From positions 32,001 to 96,000 of the IMG/VR virus record IMGVR_UViG_3300017917_003859: a stretch of DNA of 64,000 bases; one strand, written 5' to 3'. The translations under genes were made by a program, and so were the position numbers. The stretch's first letter is position 1. Each line of letters begins with the position of its first letter. Of this stretch, positions 20,701-30,747 are shown piece by piece. The DNA comes from a virus. A model generated the notes under the pieces. That model was given only the letters and a program-made list of their open reading frames with translations, did not search any database and was not told where the DNA came from.

Positions 20701-21075
20701 GATTTTGGATTAGGAGTAAGTTTAGTAAGTGGAAGTAGAATAACTGTAGAAAATACTGGAATATATAATTTACAATTTTCAGCTCAATTAGCTAACACTG
20801 CCAATACAACTATAGCAGTTGACATATGGTTTGCAATAACTGGAAGTAATGTACCTAATTCAAATACTCAAGTAAATATAACTAAAACCGCAGGTTCAAC
20901 TGGTAGAAACGTAGCAGCATGGAATTTTGCAACTCCTTTAAGTGCAAGCCAATATATAGAAATATATTGGAGTTGTGATGCCTCTACAGCACAAATACAA
21001 TCCGCCCCAACTGCAAGTACACCAACAAGACCAGCAATTCCATCAATAATAGCAACATTAACACAGATAGCATAA
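17746..21075 (+). CDS. Long tail fibre-like protein
   Basis: 1109 aa, Ser/Thr/Gly-rich, short GPMGPKG, TASYA repeats and many SGS/TGS beta repeats. Confidence 0.75.
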   Translation: MSDCIGPINITPNNNQINLQDVNRTITVIDNNCCTQVEITQPITNVIQVLTGPMGPKGEFPTSGSFNLTGSINVSGSISANNFNGGTFSGSFIGNFSGSVSSNLQDVTNNGNVTTLPITASSFYGNGLQIVGNAIITGSLTVSGSNTFRNIGPAEFTGSLGVSGSINFNNNSTLIPDLFGGPGTVDLVAGPGGWAELTSNNTQSFIWVDDNGAYVGTNWDIGNYLWTFNNSGSLIAPGRIEAPSFTGSLEGTASYAITASYALNVPLTSSYAIQALSSSYAATASLAPDYLPLTGGTINGNVIVNGTASITYLNVTYESASIIYSSGSNQLGDTIDDIQTLIGKVIVSGSFEVTGSTNIPNLTGSLFGTASYSNNSATASNILGGKAPHVPFFITDTSLATSSIYQSGSNTIIINQDNATSANPEALYVWQPSTSSFNVISGKGNLNNYLQLNIQNTNQGTDASSDVVATANNGSEVDNYIDMGINNENFAGFLGGPNDSYVYTHGHNFWIGNVNDGYKLYFFNSSSLQPIITLNALDAEVTGSLFGTASWAQNAVTASNVNTASYALTASYALNVPTTASYAISSSYSITASYALNALTSSYSISASHANISNDALTATSASHALVADNALTANYATTAGNGGVTQLIAGSGITLLPPGGQGAVTIVSTGGGGVTIISGSLITGSFINTTSYTFNHNLNTRTPIITVFDSNYNQIIPENIQLVDSSSAIITFPTQESGFAIGSTGGTTGTALSSSYALFSTYATTASFYQETDPIFTAKSASLATTGSNIFRGNQTVTGSLFTSGSNTLVGNTVLSGSINISGSQTFNGTSAFYGNHTLSGSNTITGNTILSGSIEVSGSSNFHNSSFIVTGSTSFSGSFNVKGTSTFSDTSMTLTGSLLVSGSQIFNGIITVTGSQFFSGSSNINGAASITGSLNVRDGDINIVSGSSFTRWGNKLFNYGQFSDTTIQTGSANTAYAMRFNTTDFGLGVSLVSGSRITVENTGIYNLQFSAQLANTANTTIAVDIWFAITGSNVPNSNTQVNITKTAGSTGRNVAAWNFATPLSASQYIEIYWSCDASTAQIQSAPTASTPTRPAIPSIIATLTQIA

Positions 21076-21076
21076 T

Positions 21077-21808
21077 ATGAAAATATTTCAACCTATAATA
21101 TCAGGATCATTAAGCGTTTCAGGTTCAGTTACAGCAATTGACTTTACTGGAAGTTTACGTGGTACTGCTTCTTATGCTATAACAGCCTCTTATGCTTTAA
21201 ATGGTGGAGGAGGTGGAGCATCATTCCCTTATACGGGTAGCGCAATTATAACTGGTAGTTTAATTGTAACTGGATCTACTACATCAACTTTAGGATTTAC
21301 AGGAAGTTTATATGGAACAGCAAGTTGGGCTAATAATTCAACTAGTGCTTCTTACGCTTTAAGCAGCTCTTATTCATTAACATCTTCATACGCATTAGTA
21401 GCAGATTCAGTTTTAGGTAGTGTTACTAGTGCTAGTTATGCTGCAACATCATCTTATAGTAATAATTTTACAGTAAATAGTACTATAACTATTGATCAAA
21501 CACTAACTGATTACGCCAGTGTGAATTCTAGTATAGTTGGTTCTAATAATCTATTTACACAAGCCACTGGCTCAAGAACCTCAGCTCATGGGAAATACAC
21601 TATATATAAAGGTGCAAATGCGAGAGCTGGAGAATTTATAACTGTATGGAATGGAACTACAGTAACATATACAGATGTTTCAACAACAGATATAGGAAAT
21701 ACAAGTGATATTACATTTCAATCATCAATTGTTGGAGGAAATATACAAATAGACATAGTTGCAGGCTCATCAGGTTGGACAATAAAAATGCTAACAATGT
21801 TTATTTAA
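21077..21808 (+). CDS. Short fibre-like virion protein
   Basis: Shares FTGSLxGTASYA and FPYTGSA blocks with neighbouring fibre genes. Confidence 0.7.
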   Translation: MKIFQPIISGSLSVSGSVTAIDFTGSLRGTASYAITASYALNGGGGGASFPYTGSAIITGSLIVTGSTTSTLGFTGSLYGTASWANNSTSASYALSSSYSLTSSYALVADSVLGSVTSASYAATSSYSNNFTVNSTITIDQTLTDYASVNSSIVGSNNLFTQATGSRTSAHGKYTIYKGANARAGEFITVWNGTTVTYTDVSTTDIGNTSDITFQSSIVGGNIQIDIVAGSSGWTIKMLTMFI

Positions 21809-21811
21809 GCA

Positions 21812-21848
21812 TATTTATAATAAATTAGTTGGATAGGGAAAACTAAAC
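21812..21848 (+). promoter_or_regulatory. TATTTATA promoter plus hairpin immediately before the 21849 start
   Basis: TTAGTT(21825-30)-GGATAGGGAA-AACTAA(21841-46), 2 nt before ATG. Confidence 0.45.
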
Positions 21849-24497
21849 ATGGCAAACGAATTTATAGCTCGTAATGGGCTCATAGCACAAAATAATTCAG
21901 TAGTATCTGGATCATTAACAGTAACTGGAGGTATTACTGGTTCATTATTAGGAACAGCATCATATACTTCACAAGCATTAAGTGCTTCATTCACCTCTAC
22001 TGCTTCTTATGTTAATCCACTATCACAATCAGTTTTAATAACTGGTAGTATAAATTTAACTGGATCAATAAATGCGTATGTAACTGGAGGAGATTATGTA
22101 AATATAGGTAACTATGCAAATCCAACTAATTTAAGAACATTAACGGTTGGGCAAAATACGGCTTACATGAGCTTTGGTAGTTTGGTTGGTGCTACAAGTT
22201 ATGGAGCTATTTACATTAACCAAGCAACACCAAGCGTATCTAATTATACCATAACATCTGATGGGCTTATCAGTGTTTTAAACGCATCAACAATAGCCTA
22301 CATAAGAATATTAAATAACAATCGTATTGCTATATCAAATACAGACCAGTCATTTACACCCGCAGCAGCAACAAGTGGGGCTGTTACAACTTTTACATTC
22401 ACCAAACCTAACAACACAGGACAGACAGCATCAACGGCTATTAACGGTATACTTTATACTTTAGGTAATAGACAATGGGCAACTGGAAATATTACAACGC
22501 AAAAAGAATTTGAACTTACAAGCCCTACTTATTTATTTACAGGTGCTAGTACAATAACGTCAGCATATTCATTTTATGTTAATGCCCCCGTAGCAGGAAC
22601 TAATGCCACAATAACCACAGCGTATGCTGCGGGATTCAATGGTCGTGTTCGTATTGAGGGTATTGTTAACTTAGGTGATGGTCGGATTTTTTCCGATGCA
22701 GGAATGGATTTTAACGCAGGTTCAAATTCAATAAGATTCTTCGTTGGTGGTGCTGGAGTTGGTGCATTTACAACAACTAGATTAACAGTAACGCCGTTTA
22801 CATCAAATACAGGTGCAGTAAATAATATATCATTTACAATTCCAGCAAATACAGGTCAAACAGCCTCTACGCCTATTATAGGAGTAAATTGGGCTTTAGG
22901 TTCAAGACAGTGGGCAACTGGTAACATCACAACTCAACAAGAATACCTACTAACAGCACCAACTTATTCTTTTGTAGGAGCTAGTACAATCACTAATTCA
23001 TATACATTTTACGTAGAAGCAGCTTTAGCAGGAACAAATGCCACAATAACTAATAACTATGCAGCTGGGTTTAACGGAAGAGTAAGAGTATTAGCAGGAG
23101 GAGCAGATATCACAGGTCCATTAATTGTTACTGGTAACTTAAATGTATCTAATTCAGTAACAGCCTCAATCGTATCAGCCTCAGCATTTACCGGTTCATT
23201 GTTTGGAACGGCAACAAGTGCATCATTTGCTTCAACAGCATCATTTGCTTCAACAGCATCATATTCTGAAACAGCTTCTTATGCAGTTGTATTCCCATAC
23301 ACAGGATCTGCAAATATAAGTGGTAGTATAAATTTAGAAGGAAACTATATACAGAATATTAACACTAATATTGGTGGAAATTATTATCATATAGAAGGAA
23401 ATAATAATACGAATGGAACTCAAACCGCCTTTTCTGCTTCAATAAATGCAGGTATAGTTACTGTAGATACTACATATGGAGACGTTACTGGATTCTTCAC
23501 TAACAATAATTATTTATTTATATATGATGCCTTTCAAGACAACATATATGGTAAAATTACTCGTCAATATGACTCAGCCAGTTACAATGGAACAAACACT
23601 CTCATCAACTTATTTGATGTAACAGTTACTACTACAGCAGCATATATTATAGATGCTAGTTCTATTGGTACAGGTGGTGATAAAACAATTCCTGCAGATT
23701 ATACTCATATTGAAGGATATAATAATATAACTGTTGGAAATTATAGTCATATAAAAGGTTATAGTAGTGTAGCTGTTGGAAATTATTCACACGCTGAAGG
23801 CCAAGGTGCATTAGCAATAGGAGATTATTCACATGCTGAAGGTGTAGGATCTGTTGCAATAGGAGAAGGTTCTCATGCTGAAGGAGGTTCCAAATCTGTA
23901 GGAAACTATTCACATGCTGAAGGTAGAATTAATCAAGCAATAGGAGATTATTCACACGCTGAAGGATTAAATACAAAAACAATTGGAACTTTTTCACATA
24001 CTGAAGGTGAAGGTACAATTGCATCAGGATCTGCTCAACATGTATCAGGAAAATATAATACTCATGGAGACACTACTTCTTTATTTATTATAGGAAATGG
24101 AGTAGATAACTTAAATAGATCAGATATAGTTAGAGTTACAACAACAGACGTGCAAGTAACTGGCTCTGTAATAGCCACAGCATTTACAGGATCTTTATAT
24201 GGTACAGCTTCTTGGGCTGAACACGCCTCAACTGCTTCATATGTTAATGGAATGATTACTAAAGTTAATGCGGTAACAGCAGCTTCTTTTGGTGGTACAC
24301 CATTAACAGCAAGTGTAACATTTACAACACCTTTTCCTAATGCAAACTACGGAATTACAATTACAGGAGAAGATGCTCGTACGTGGACAATACAATCAAA
24401 AGCTATAACTGGATTTGTGATTAATTCAAATAGTAGTGTTGCTCTAACTGGAAATACTTACTGGCAAGCTACAGGTTATGGTGAATTTAATAGTTAA
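21849..24497 (+). CDS. Tail fibre/adhesin with duplicated domain and YadA-like head repeats
   Basis: MANEF start, TASY blocks, ~90-aa internal duplication, ~14-aa (G)xYSHAEG repeats. Confidence 0.75.
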   Translation: MANEFIARNGLIAQNNSVVSGSLTVTGGITGSLLGTASYTSQALSASFTSTASYVNPLSQSVLITGSINLTGSINAYVTGGDYVNIGNYANPTNLRTLTVGQNTAYMSFGSLVGATSYGAIYINQATPSVSNYTITSDGLISVLNASTIAYIRILNNNRIAISNTDQSFTPAAATSGAVTTFTFTKPNNTGQTASTAINGILYTLGNRQWATGNITTQKEFELTSPTYLFTGASTITSAYSFYVNAPVAGTNATITTAYAAGFNGRVRIEGIVNLGDGRIFSDAGMDFNAGSNSIRFFVGGAGVGAFTTTRLTVTPFTSNTGAVNNISFTIPANTGQTASTPIIGVNWALGSRQWATGNITTQQEYLLTAPTYSFVGASTITNSYTFYVEAALAGTNATITNNYAAGFNGRVRVLAGGADITGPLIVTGNLNVSNSVTASIVSASAFTGSLFGTATSASFASTASFASTASYSETASYAVVFPYTGSANISGSINLEGNYIQNINTNIGGNYYHIEGNNNTNGTQTAFSASINAGIVTVDTTYGDVTGFFTNNNYLFIYDAFQDNIYGKITRQYDSASYNGTNTLINLFDVTVTTTAAYIIDASSIGTGGDKTIPADYTHIEGYNNITVGNYSHIKGYSSVAVGNYSHAEGQGALAIGDYSHAEGVGSVAIGEGSHAEGGSKSVGNYSHAEGRINQAIGDYSHAEGLNTKTIGTFSHTEGEGTIASGSAQHVSGKYNTHGDTTSLFIIGNGVDNLNRSDIVRVTTTDVQVTGSVIATAFTGSLYGTASWAEHASTASYVNGMITKVNAVTAASFGGTPLTASVTFTTPFPNANYGITITGEDARTWTIQSKAITGFVINSNSSVALTGNTYWQATGYGEFNS
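22389..23090 (+). repeat. Diverged ~90-codon internal duplication in fibre gene
   Basis: TGQTAST..RQWATGNITTQ..GASTIT..AGTNATIT..YAAGFNGRVR occurs twice; TGQ starts at 22416 and 22851 (period 435 nt). Confidence 0.85.
23697..24020 (+). repeat. Tandem ~42-nt repeats encoding YadA-head-like beta-roll units
   Basis: Repeated TATTC(A/T)CA(C/T)GCTGAAGG encoding YSHAEG. Confidence 0.8.
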
Positions 24498-24521
24498 TTA
24501 AAATATTTATAAATAAAGAAG

Positions 24522-26744
24522 ATGTCAATTTTTTATAATGATAGTGCAAGTTTTAAATCTTTAGAGATTACAAATGATTTTATTTATACCAATACAGAGT
24601 CTTTTTCTATAAATGGACCATTACAACTTAATCCAACTAAAGATCCAGGTACATCTAATATTTCAGCTTCTTATTTATTTGTATCATCTTCAGTAGACAA
24701 TACAGAGTATAATTTACATTATAGAAATAATGGAACACTTTGGGAAACTCATTGGCTAGAAGAAAAAACAGATACAGGTATAGTTTGGGGAGGAATACTA
24801 ACATTTACAGGAACTACAATGTCAATTACTCCTGGAGTAGGATTAATTATAAATCATAATGCATCTACTAGTTCACATGGAGATACAGTTCCAACTTATG
24901 TTAAGTTTGGCCCTATAACAGCTAGTGCAACTTATATAACATCATCACAAGTAACATATTTACTAATTGATACTGATGGAACTTTAATACAACAACCTAC
25001 AATATTTACTCCACAACAGTTTAATGAAAAACTACCATTAGGATATATCTTTTGTTTAACAACTTCTAGTATTAGTAGTTATGCAGATGCAAGAACAACT
25101 ACCTATGGACAAGACGAACAACAAACCCAATTTATTAGAGCATTTGGTCCATTAAAAGTAAATGGATATGATATAACACCACAAAGTGGATCTTTAAAAA
25201 TATCTATAGCTTCTGGACGAACTTATCGTTATGGTGGATTTTATACACAAAATCCAGACAATCCTTCTATATATGACTCCACAACAGTACCAACAGGAAG
25301 TTTAGTAAGAATTCAAAGAGATCCTGCAATTGTAGGAGGATTTAAAGCAATTACTAATGGAGGACTACCTTTTACAGTAATAGATCCTACAATGTGGGAT
25401 GATGGAAGTGGTACATTACAATCTGTAGGAGCAAGTGAATGGACAATTCAAAGATTATTTCAAGGAGTTGTAAATAACATTACTTACGTATATTATGGTC
25501 AAAATACTTATGACAGTTTAAATGCTGCTATACAAAGTATAACAACAGAAGCGTTTGAAGAAGCGCAAACTAGTATATTAGCTTTACCATTTATAGGGTA
25601 TGTTATTTGTAAAGGTAATACAACAAATTTAGCAGACACCACTGAGAATAAAATAATTAATTCTGGATTATTTAGAAATACAGCAGGCTCAAGTGGAGGG
25701 GGAGGTGTTGCAACAACAACATTAAATGATCTATCAGATGTAACCATTACATCACCATCAACGGGTCAAGCTTTAGTTTATAATGCAGGTATTTGGGTAA
25801 ATTCAAACCCAACATCAGCTTCATATGCCTCAACAGCTTCTTATATATTAGAAGCAGTAAGTGCATCTTATGCTACTTTAGCACAAACCGCTAACACAGC
25901 ATCTTTTGTACAAACAGCTCAAACTGCCTCATACGTGCTACAAGCAGTATCAAGTTCGTATGCAACAACATCAAGTTATGCATCAAGTGGAAATGGAATA
26001 TTTAGTGGATCGTTTAGTGGATCATTTGAAGGAAATGGTTCTGGATTAACAGGAATTATTGCAACCGCAGCACCTGCAGGACCAGATACATCAATTCAAT
26101 TTAACAGTGGTGGTACTACAGCTGGAAGTGCAGACCTTACTTTTAATGACACGACAAACAAGTTAACATTAACCGGATCATTGTATATAACTGGCTCAGT
26201 AGACGCTACAATATTTACTAATACATTAAAAATATCTGGATCTAGCGGCGCTTCCGGTAATTATATAACAACTCAGTTTTTAGGTAGCGATGTTACCAAT
26301 AGTACAACAGGATTAGTAACTGCAATGACAACTACAGGAGTAGGTCCTGGATTGTATCAATTTAAGTATGTAGTAAGATATCAGTCAGCTGCAACTACAA
26401 CTGGTATAGGCTTAGCAGTAGATCACACGCAAGCTGCTAATTACTTTGTATCTTCGTTTTGGTTTATTTCAACCGGTGGTGCTGCAGCAACTGGTGTAGC
26501 CGATCAAGTAGCTACGACTAATGCTGGTCAAATGGCTGAAGGTAAATCAGAACGTGTTAAAGGTACTGTTTCATCTACAACAGCGGGTGTTGATACAATA
26601 AACGCTGACATGTTAGCAGTAATGGAAGGTTTAATAGATGTATCGACGAGCGGAGATTTAATTTTAGAATTTAGATCAGAGGTGGCTGCTTCTCAAGTAA
26701 CTATTAAATCAGGAACTAGTCTTATATTAACTAAAATGTCATAA
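24522..26744 (+). CDS. Tail fibre/virion protein
   Basis: LNDLSDV..GQALVY..W repeat, AGPDTSIQFN motif, TASY blocks; TATTTATA at 24504. Confidence 0.7.
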   Translation: MSIFYNDSASFKSLEITNDFIYTNTESFSINGPLQLNPTKDPGTSNISASYLFVSSSVDNTEYNLHYRNNGTLWETHWLEEKTDTGIVWGGILTFTGTTMSITPGVGLIINHNASTSSHGDTVPTYVKFGPITASATYITSSQVTYLLIDTDGTLIQQPTIFTPQQFNEKLPLGYIFCLTTSSISSYADARTTTYGQDEQQTQFIRAFGPLKVNGYDITPQSGSLKISIASGRTYRYGGFYTQNPDNPSIYDSTTVPTGSLVRIQRDPAIVGGFKAITNGGLPFTVIDPTMWDDGSGTLQSVGASEWTIQRLFQGVVNNITYVYYGQNTYDSLNAAIQSITTEAFEEAQTSILALPFIGYVICKGNTTNLADTTENKIINSGLFRNTAGSSGGGGVATTTLNDLSDVTITSPSTGQALVYNAGIWVNSNPTSASYASTASYILEAVSASYATLAQTANTASFVQTAQTASYVLQAVSSSYATTSSYASSGNGIFSGSFSGSFEGNGSGLTGIIATAAPAGPDTSIQFNSGGTTAGSADLTFNDTTNKLTLTGSLYITGSVDATIFTNTLKISGSSGASGNYITTQFLGSDVTNSTTGLVTAMTTTGVGPGLYQFKYVVRYQSAATTTGIGLAVDHTQAANYFVSSFWFISTGGAAATGVADQVATTNAGQMAEGKSERVKGTVSSTTAGVDTINADMLAVMEGLIDVSTSGDLILEFRSEVAASQVTIKSGTSLILTKMS

Positions 26745-26813
26745 TAGTTAATTAGAATACTCTTAGACTAAAAGTCTACATATTTGTAATAAAAATATAT
26801 TATATTTATAAAC

Positions 26814-27023
26814 ATGAAAACACTAATTTATTTTAATGCACCCGATAAACCTGAAAATATGGGTATTAGTCAATTAACAGACGATGTTCAAACCTTTTTA
26901 GACGAACGTTCAGACATTCTTATCAATCCAGTAATTACAGGAAATATTCTTGAATTTGAAAATGTTGAAGGTATAAAAGGATATGCTGTAATGGCTGATA
27001 CTCCTGATGATTTCCAAAACTAA
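26814..27023 (+). CDS. Small hypothetical protein, possible fibre chaperone
   Basis: 69-aa ORF with own TATTTATA at 26803, after the fibre genes. Confidence 0.5.
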   Translation: MKTLIYFNAPDKPENMGISQLTDDVQTFLDERSDILINPVITGNILEFENVEGIKGYAVMADTPDDFQN

Positions 27024-27072
27024 TTAAGACAATTAGAATTAATTTTGGTATATTTATAATAAAATATACTCT

Positions 27073-28209
27073 ATGAATATTCCTATCTACCCCGGCTCAA
27101 GTTCATTTTTCCCAGGAAATACTCCTTTTGGGTTTTATGATAATGATTATGAATTTCAAGTAGATGCTGATAAAGTAACTACTTTTTGTGCTAGAAGATT
27201 GGGATACCCAATCATGGAAGTTGAATTGCAAGATTTAAACTTTTATGCTGCTTTTGAAGAAGCTATTACTACATATGGAAATGAAGTATACGCTTATCAA
27301 TTAAGAGATAATTTATTAAATGTTGATGGAGCATCTACATCTATAAATTTAAGTCAAGCAGCTATTACTCCTACTTTAAATGTAATAGTACGATTATCAC
27401 AACAATATGCTGAAGAAGCAGGTTCAGGAGGAAATGTAAATTGGTATAGTGGTTCAATTGCAACTACGGCAGGAATACAAGATTATGATTTATCTGTTTG
27501 GGCATCAAGCAATAATATAACTGGTGGAATTGAAATTAAAAGAGTATTTTGGCAACCACCTCCAGCAGTTAATCAAGTATACAATTTAAGTGTATTTTCA
27601 GGTCTTGGAGGAGTACCAGCAGTGGGTGCTTATGGATTATTTGGTTCAACTGGATTCTTAATGTATCCTACAAGTTTGTTAGTTCAATCTGCTCAAGCAG
27701 TTGAAATGCAAAACCAAATTTCTTTAGCTAATTATACTTTTGAATTAATAAATAATAAATTAAGAATATTTCCTATTCCTGATTCTAATGATAATTATAT
27801 TTGGTTTCAATATATTAAAGTAGATGAAAGAAAAAATTCAGCTATTACACCAAATGTTACTTCCTCTATTACTAATCCTTCAAATGCTGGATATCATAAT
27901 CCAACATATTCTAGAATTAATTCAATAGGAAGACAATGGATATTTGAATATACTTTAGCTTTATGTAAAGAAATGTTAGGGTATGTCCGTGGAAAATATT
28001 CTCAAGTCCCAATACCAGGAGCTGAAGTTACTTTAAATCAAGGTGATTTAATTTCTGCTGCTAATAATGAAAAAACTGCTTTAATTGAAAGACTAAGAAT
28101 ATATTTAGATGATACTTCAAGACAAAAATTATTAGAAAGAAAAGCAGCTGAATCTGATGCTCGCCAGAAAGAAATAGGACAAGTTCCAATGCAAATTTAT
28201 ATAGGATAA
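27073..28209 (+). CDS. Neck/head-tail adaptor (T4 gp13-like)
   Basis: RRLGYPIMEVEL and WIFEYTLALCKEMLG..RGKY..IPG..LN resemble gp13; position before sheath. Confidence 0.75.
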   Translation: MNIPIYPGSSSFFPGNTPFGFYDNDYEFQVDADKVTTFCARRLGYPIMEVELQDLNFYAAFEEAITTYGNEVYAYQLRDNLLNVDGASTSINLSQAAITPTLNVIVRLSQQYAEEAGSGGNVNWYSGSIATTAGIQDYDLSVWASSNNITGGIEIKRVFWQPPPAVNQVYNLSVFSGLGGVPAVGAYGLFGSTGFLMYPTSLLVQSAQAVEMQNQISLANYTFELINNKLRIFPIPDSNDNYIWFQYIKVDERKNSAITPNVTSSITNPSNAGYHNPTYSRINSIGRQWIFEYTLALCKEMLGYVRGKYSQVPIPGAEVTLNQGDLISAANNEKTALIERLRIYLDDTSRQKLLERKAAESDARQKEIGQVPMQIYIG

Positions 28210-28210
28210 C

Positions 28211-28720
28211 ATGGCATTATTTGGTTCAAATAGAGATGTTTCTTTTGTAAGAAAAATGAATAGAGAATTATTAGGAAATATAATCTCTCAACAATGTGTC
28301 TTATATAAAGTAAATTTAGAAAAAACAGTCTCTAACATATATGGTGAATCTGTAGATAAAAGATTTTACACTGAACCTACTTTACTCAATTGTAGAATAA
28401 CTAGAACAGACCCAGAATTTAATCAAACTGATATAGGCCCAGATTATACCAGAAATATCACATTTTCATTTCTTAAAGATGATTTAATAACATCCAACGC
28501 ATACCCAGAACCTGGAGATATAATTATGTACTATGAAGGATATTATGAAATTGAACAATCATATGACAACCAATTATTTGTAGGAAAAGACCCAGACTAT
28601 CCTTATGCTATAAATCCTATAAATCCTGGATTAGAGAATTTTGGATACTCAGTATCTATAAATTGTCTAGCTCATTATGTTCCTGCTGATAAAGTGAATA
28701 TCACCCTTGAAAGAGATTAA
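28211..28720 (+). CDS. Head closure/neck protein (gp14-like)
   Basis: NIYGES and PEPGDII motifs; synteny. Confidence 0.6.
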   Translation: MALFGSNRDVSFVRKMNRELLGNIISQQCVLYKVNLEKTVSNIYGESVDKRFYTEPTLLNCRITRTDPEFNQTDIGPDYTRNITFSFLKDDLITSNAYPEPGDIIMYYEGYYEIEQSYDNQLFVGKDPDYPYAINPINPGLENFGYSVSINCLAHYVPADKVNITLERD

Positions 28721-28722
28721 TT

Positions 28723-29598
28723 ATGGCAAACAAAAAACCAACACCTAAAACTCAAAGAGAAATAAGTATTTCTCAACAAGATCCATATAATCAGAGTGGT
28801 CCTGGGTTTCAACCTGTTGGAAACCCAAATGATTTCAATACGAATAACAGAGGAAATCAATTATCTTTTAAAGATGATACTGTAAAACCTTTTACTTTAG
28901 GTATTAAAGATATAGATGAAGCTATATATTATTATTTTAATGAAATAATAAAACCATCTATAATTCAAAATGGTCAAAGAATAAATGTTCCTGTAATATA
29001 TGGAGATCCTGAAAAATGGAAATCAATTCAAAAAGATGGATATTATAGAGATAAAAATGGAGCAATTATGTCTCCTTTATTAGTATTTAAAAGAAATAAT
29101 ATTACTAAAAATAGAAGTATAGGAAATAAATTAGACGCAAACAATCCAAATTTATATAGTTCTTTAGTAAAACAATATTCTAAAAAGAATTTTTACACTC
29201 CATTTGATATTTTAAATAATGTAAAACCACTAACAGAACAATATGCAGTAATAATTCCTGATTATGTAACTATAAATTATAGTTGTGTTATATATACTTA
29301 CTATATAGAACAAAATAATAAAATAATAGAAGCTATAAATTATGCTTCAGATTCATATTGGGGAGACCCAGCAAGATTTAAATTTAATGCTAGAATTGAT
29401 TCATTTAATACTGTAGTTGAAATTTCAGATGGAAAAAATAGATCTGTTAAAAGTACATTTGATATTAAATTAAATGGGTATCTTATTCCTGATCTTATTC
29501 AAAAAGATGTGAGTGCTGTAAAAAAGATTCCTACCATCAATACTATAAATTTTGGTATAGAAATTACAAATAACATAAATGATATAAATAATAAATAA
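28723..29598 (+). CDS. Tail terminator/sheath stabiliser (gp15-like)
   Basis: INVPVIYGDPEKW and PDYVTINY..QNNKIIE patterns; synteny. Confidence 0.6.
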   Translation: MANKKPTPKTQREISISQQDPYNQSGPGFQPVGNPNDFNTNNRGNQLSFKDDTVKPFTLGIKDIDEAIYYYFNEIIKPSIIQNGQRINVPVIYGDPEKWKSIQKDGYYRDKNGAIMSPLLVFKRNNITKNRSIGNKLDANNPNLYSSLVKQYSKKNFYTPFDILNNVKPLTEQYAVIIPDYVTINYSCVIYTYYIEQNNKIIEAINYASDSYWGDPARFKFNARIDSFNTVVEISDGKNRSVKSTFDIKLNGYLIPDLIQKDVSAVKKIPTINTINFGIEITNNINDINNK

Positions 29599-29600
29599 AC

Positions 29601-30395
29601 ATGTTATATTCTCATCCAGGTCATTGGCAATTATTTTTAAAACGTCCTGATAATATTGGGCTTCCCTTAATGGAAGTAAAATCCAAATATTTAAAAGAAG
29701 AATCATTTTACTATTCTCAATTTAATTGGAATAATCCTTTAGGAGGAGGAACACCTCCCACTATCTCTACCCCACCATCAACACCTACAGAACAATCTAT
29801 ATTTTTAGAAACTTTTGGAAATGATGGAACTACTCCAAATCCTAACTTACTAACAAATGCTGTCGGAACTGATTTTATAAATCCTCCTTTATCATGGACT
29901 ACAATATCATTAGATAGTATAAATGGGGTATATGCTAATAATGGTGATTATACAAATAACTGGAGTGTTATAGATGCTGCAGGTATAGTTGCCTATTGTG
30001 GATTACCTGCTTCAAATGATCCTTCTGAAATTCCAGGAGCATCTGGAGGAAGTGCTTTATTTATGTCTGATGTTTCTGACACTCAGGCATATATAACTTT
30101 ACCCGCTATAAATACTTTAGGTAAAACAAATATTAAATTACAATTTAAAGCTGTACAATTAAATCCAATAGCAATATATTATAGCACAAATAATATTTCA
30201 TGGACACTTATAAACGCATCATATTCCATCTCAGGTACAATACAAAGTGGTAATAATTGGGGATACGATTCTATAAATTTACCAGCCGGAACAGCTAATA
30301 AAGCAACATTATATATTAAATTCCAACAACTACCAGGAACAGGTGGTAATAATTGGCAATTATTTGATGATATACAAGTTTTAGCAACTTTTTAA
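29601..30395 (+). CDS. Putative virion accessory protein (helical N-terminus, Pro/Thr linker, beta-sandwich)
   Basis: GGGTPPTISTPPSTP linker followed by Trp/Asn-rich beta domain ending FDDIQV. Confidence 0.5.
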   Translation: MLYSHPGHWQLFLKRPDNIGLPLMEVKSKYLKEESFYYSQFNWNNPLGGGTPPTISTPPSTPTEQSIFLETFGNDGTTPNPNLLTNAVGTDFINPPLSWTTISLDSINGVYANNGDYTNNWSVIDAAGIVAYCGLPASNDPSEIPGASGGSALFMSDVSDTQAYITLPAINTLGKTNIKLQFKAVQLNPIAIYYSTNNISWTLINASYSISGTIQSGNNWGYDSINLPAGTANKATLYIKFQQLPGTGGNNWQLFDDIQVLATF

Positions 30396-30437
30396 TTTAA
30401 ACTTGATTTTTTAAAAAAATATATTATAATAAAGATT

Positions 30438-30689
30438 ATGGAAAAAAAATTTTTAACTCTCGAAGAATTAAATGGTTTAAAAAAGATTAATGAAGATAAT
30501 CAAAATCTTGTTGTATCTTATGGTCAAATTGAATACCAAATCCAATTATTAAAAGTTCAAAAACAAAATTTAAATGAACAATTAAAGATTAATAAAAATT
30601 CTGAAATAGAATTTTTTAAAGAACTTGAAACTAAATATGGAATTATGAATATTAATTTAGAGACAGGAGAGATCACCCCAGTTAATTAA
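30438..30689 (+). CDS. Small coiled-coil hypothetical protein
   Basis: 83-aa heptad-rich ORF ending KYG..INLETGEI. Confidence 0.6.
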   Translation: MEKKFLTLEELNGLKKINEDNQNLVVSYGQIEYQIQLLKVQKQNLNEQLKINKNSEIEFFKELETKYGIMNINLETGEITPVN

Positions 30690-30747
30690 TTTTGAGCCCT
30701 TTCTAGATATTTATTGACAACAATAAACAATTAAATATTTTAGAAAA

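Noticed and set aside
17746-26744. Diversity-generating retroelement or invertase-driven fibre switching
   Set aside because: No reverse transcriptase, adenine-specific template/variable repeat pair, site-specific recombinase or inverted cassette is visible.
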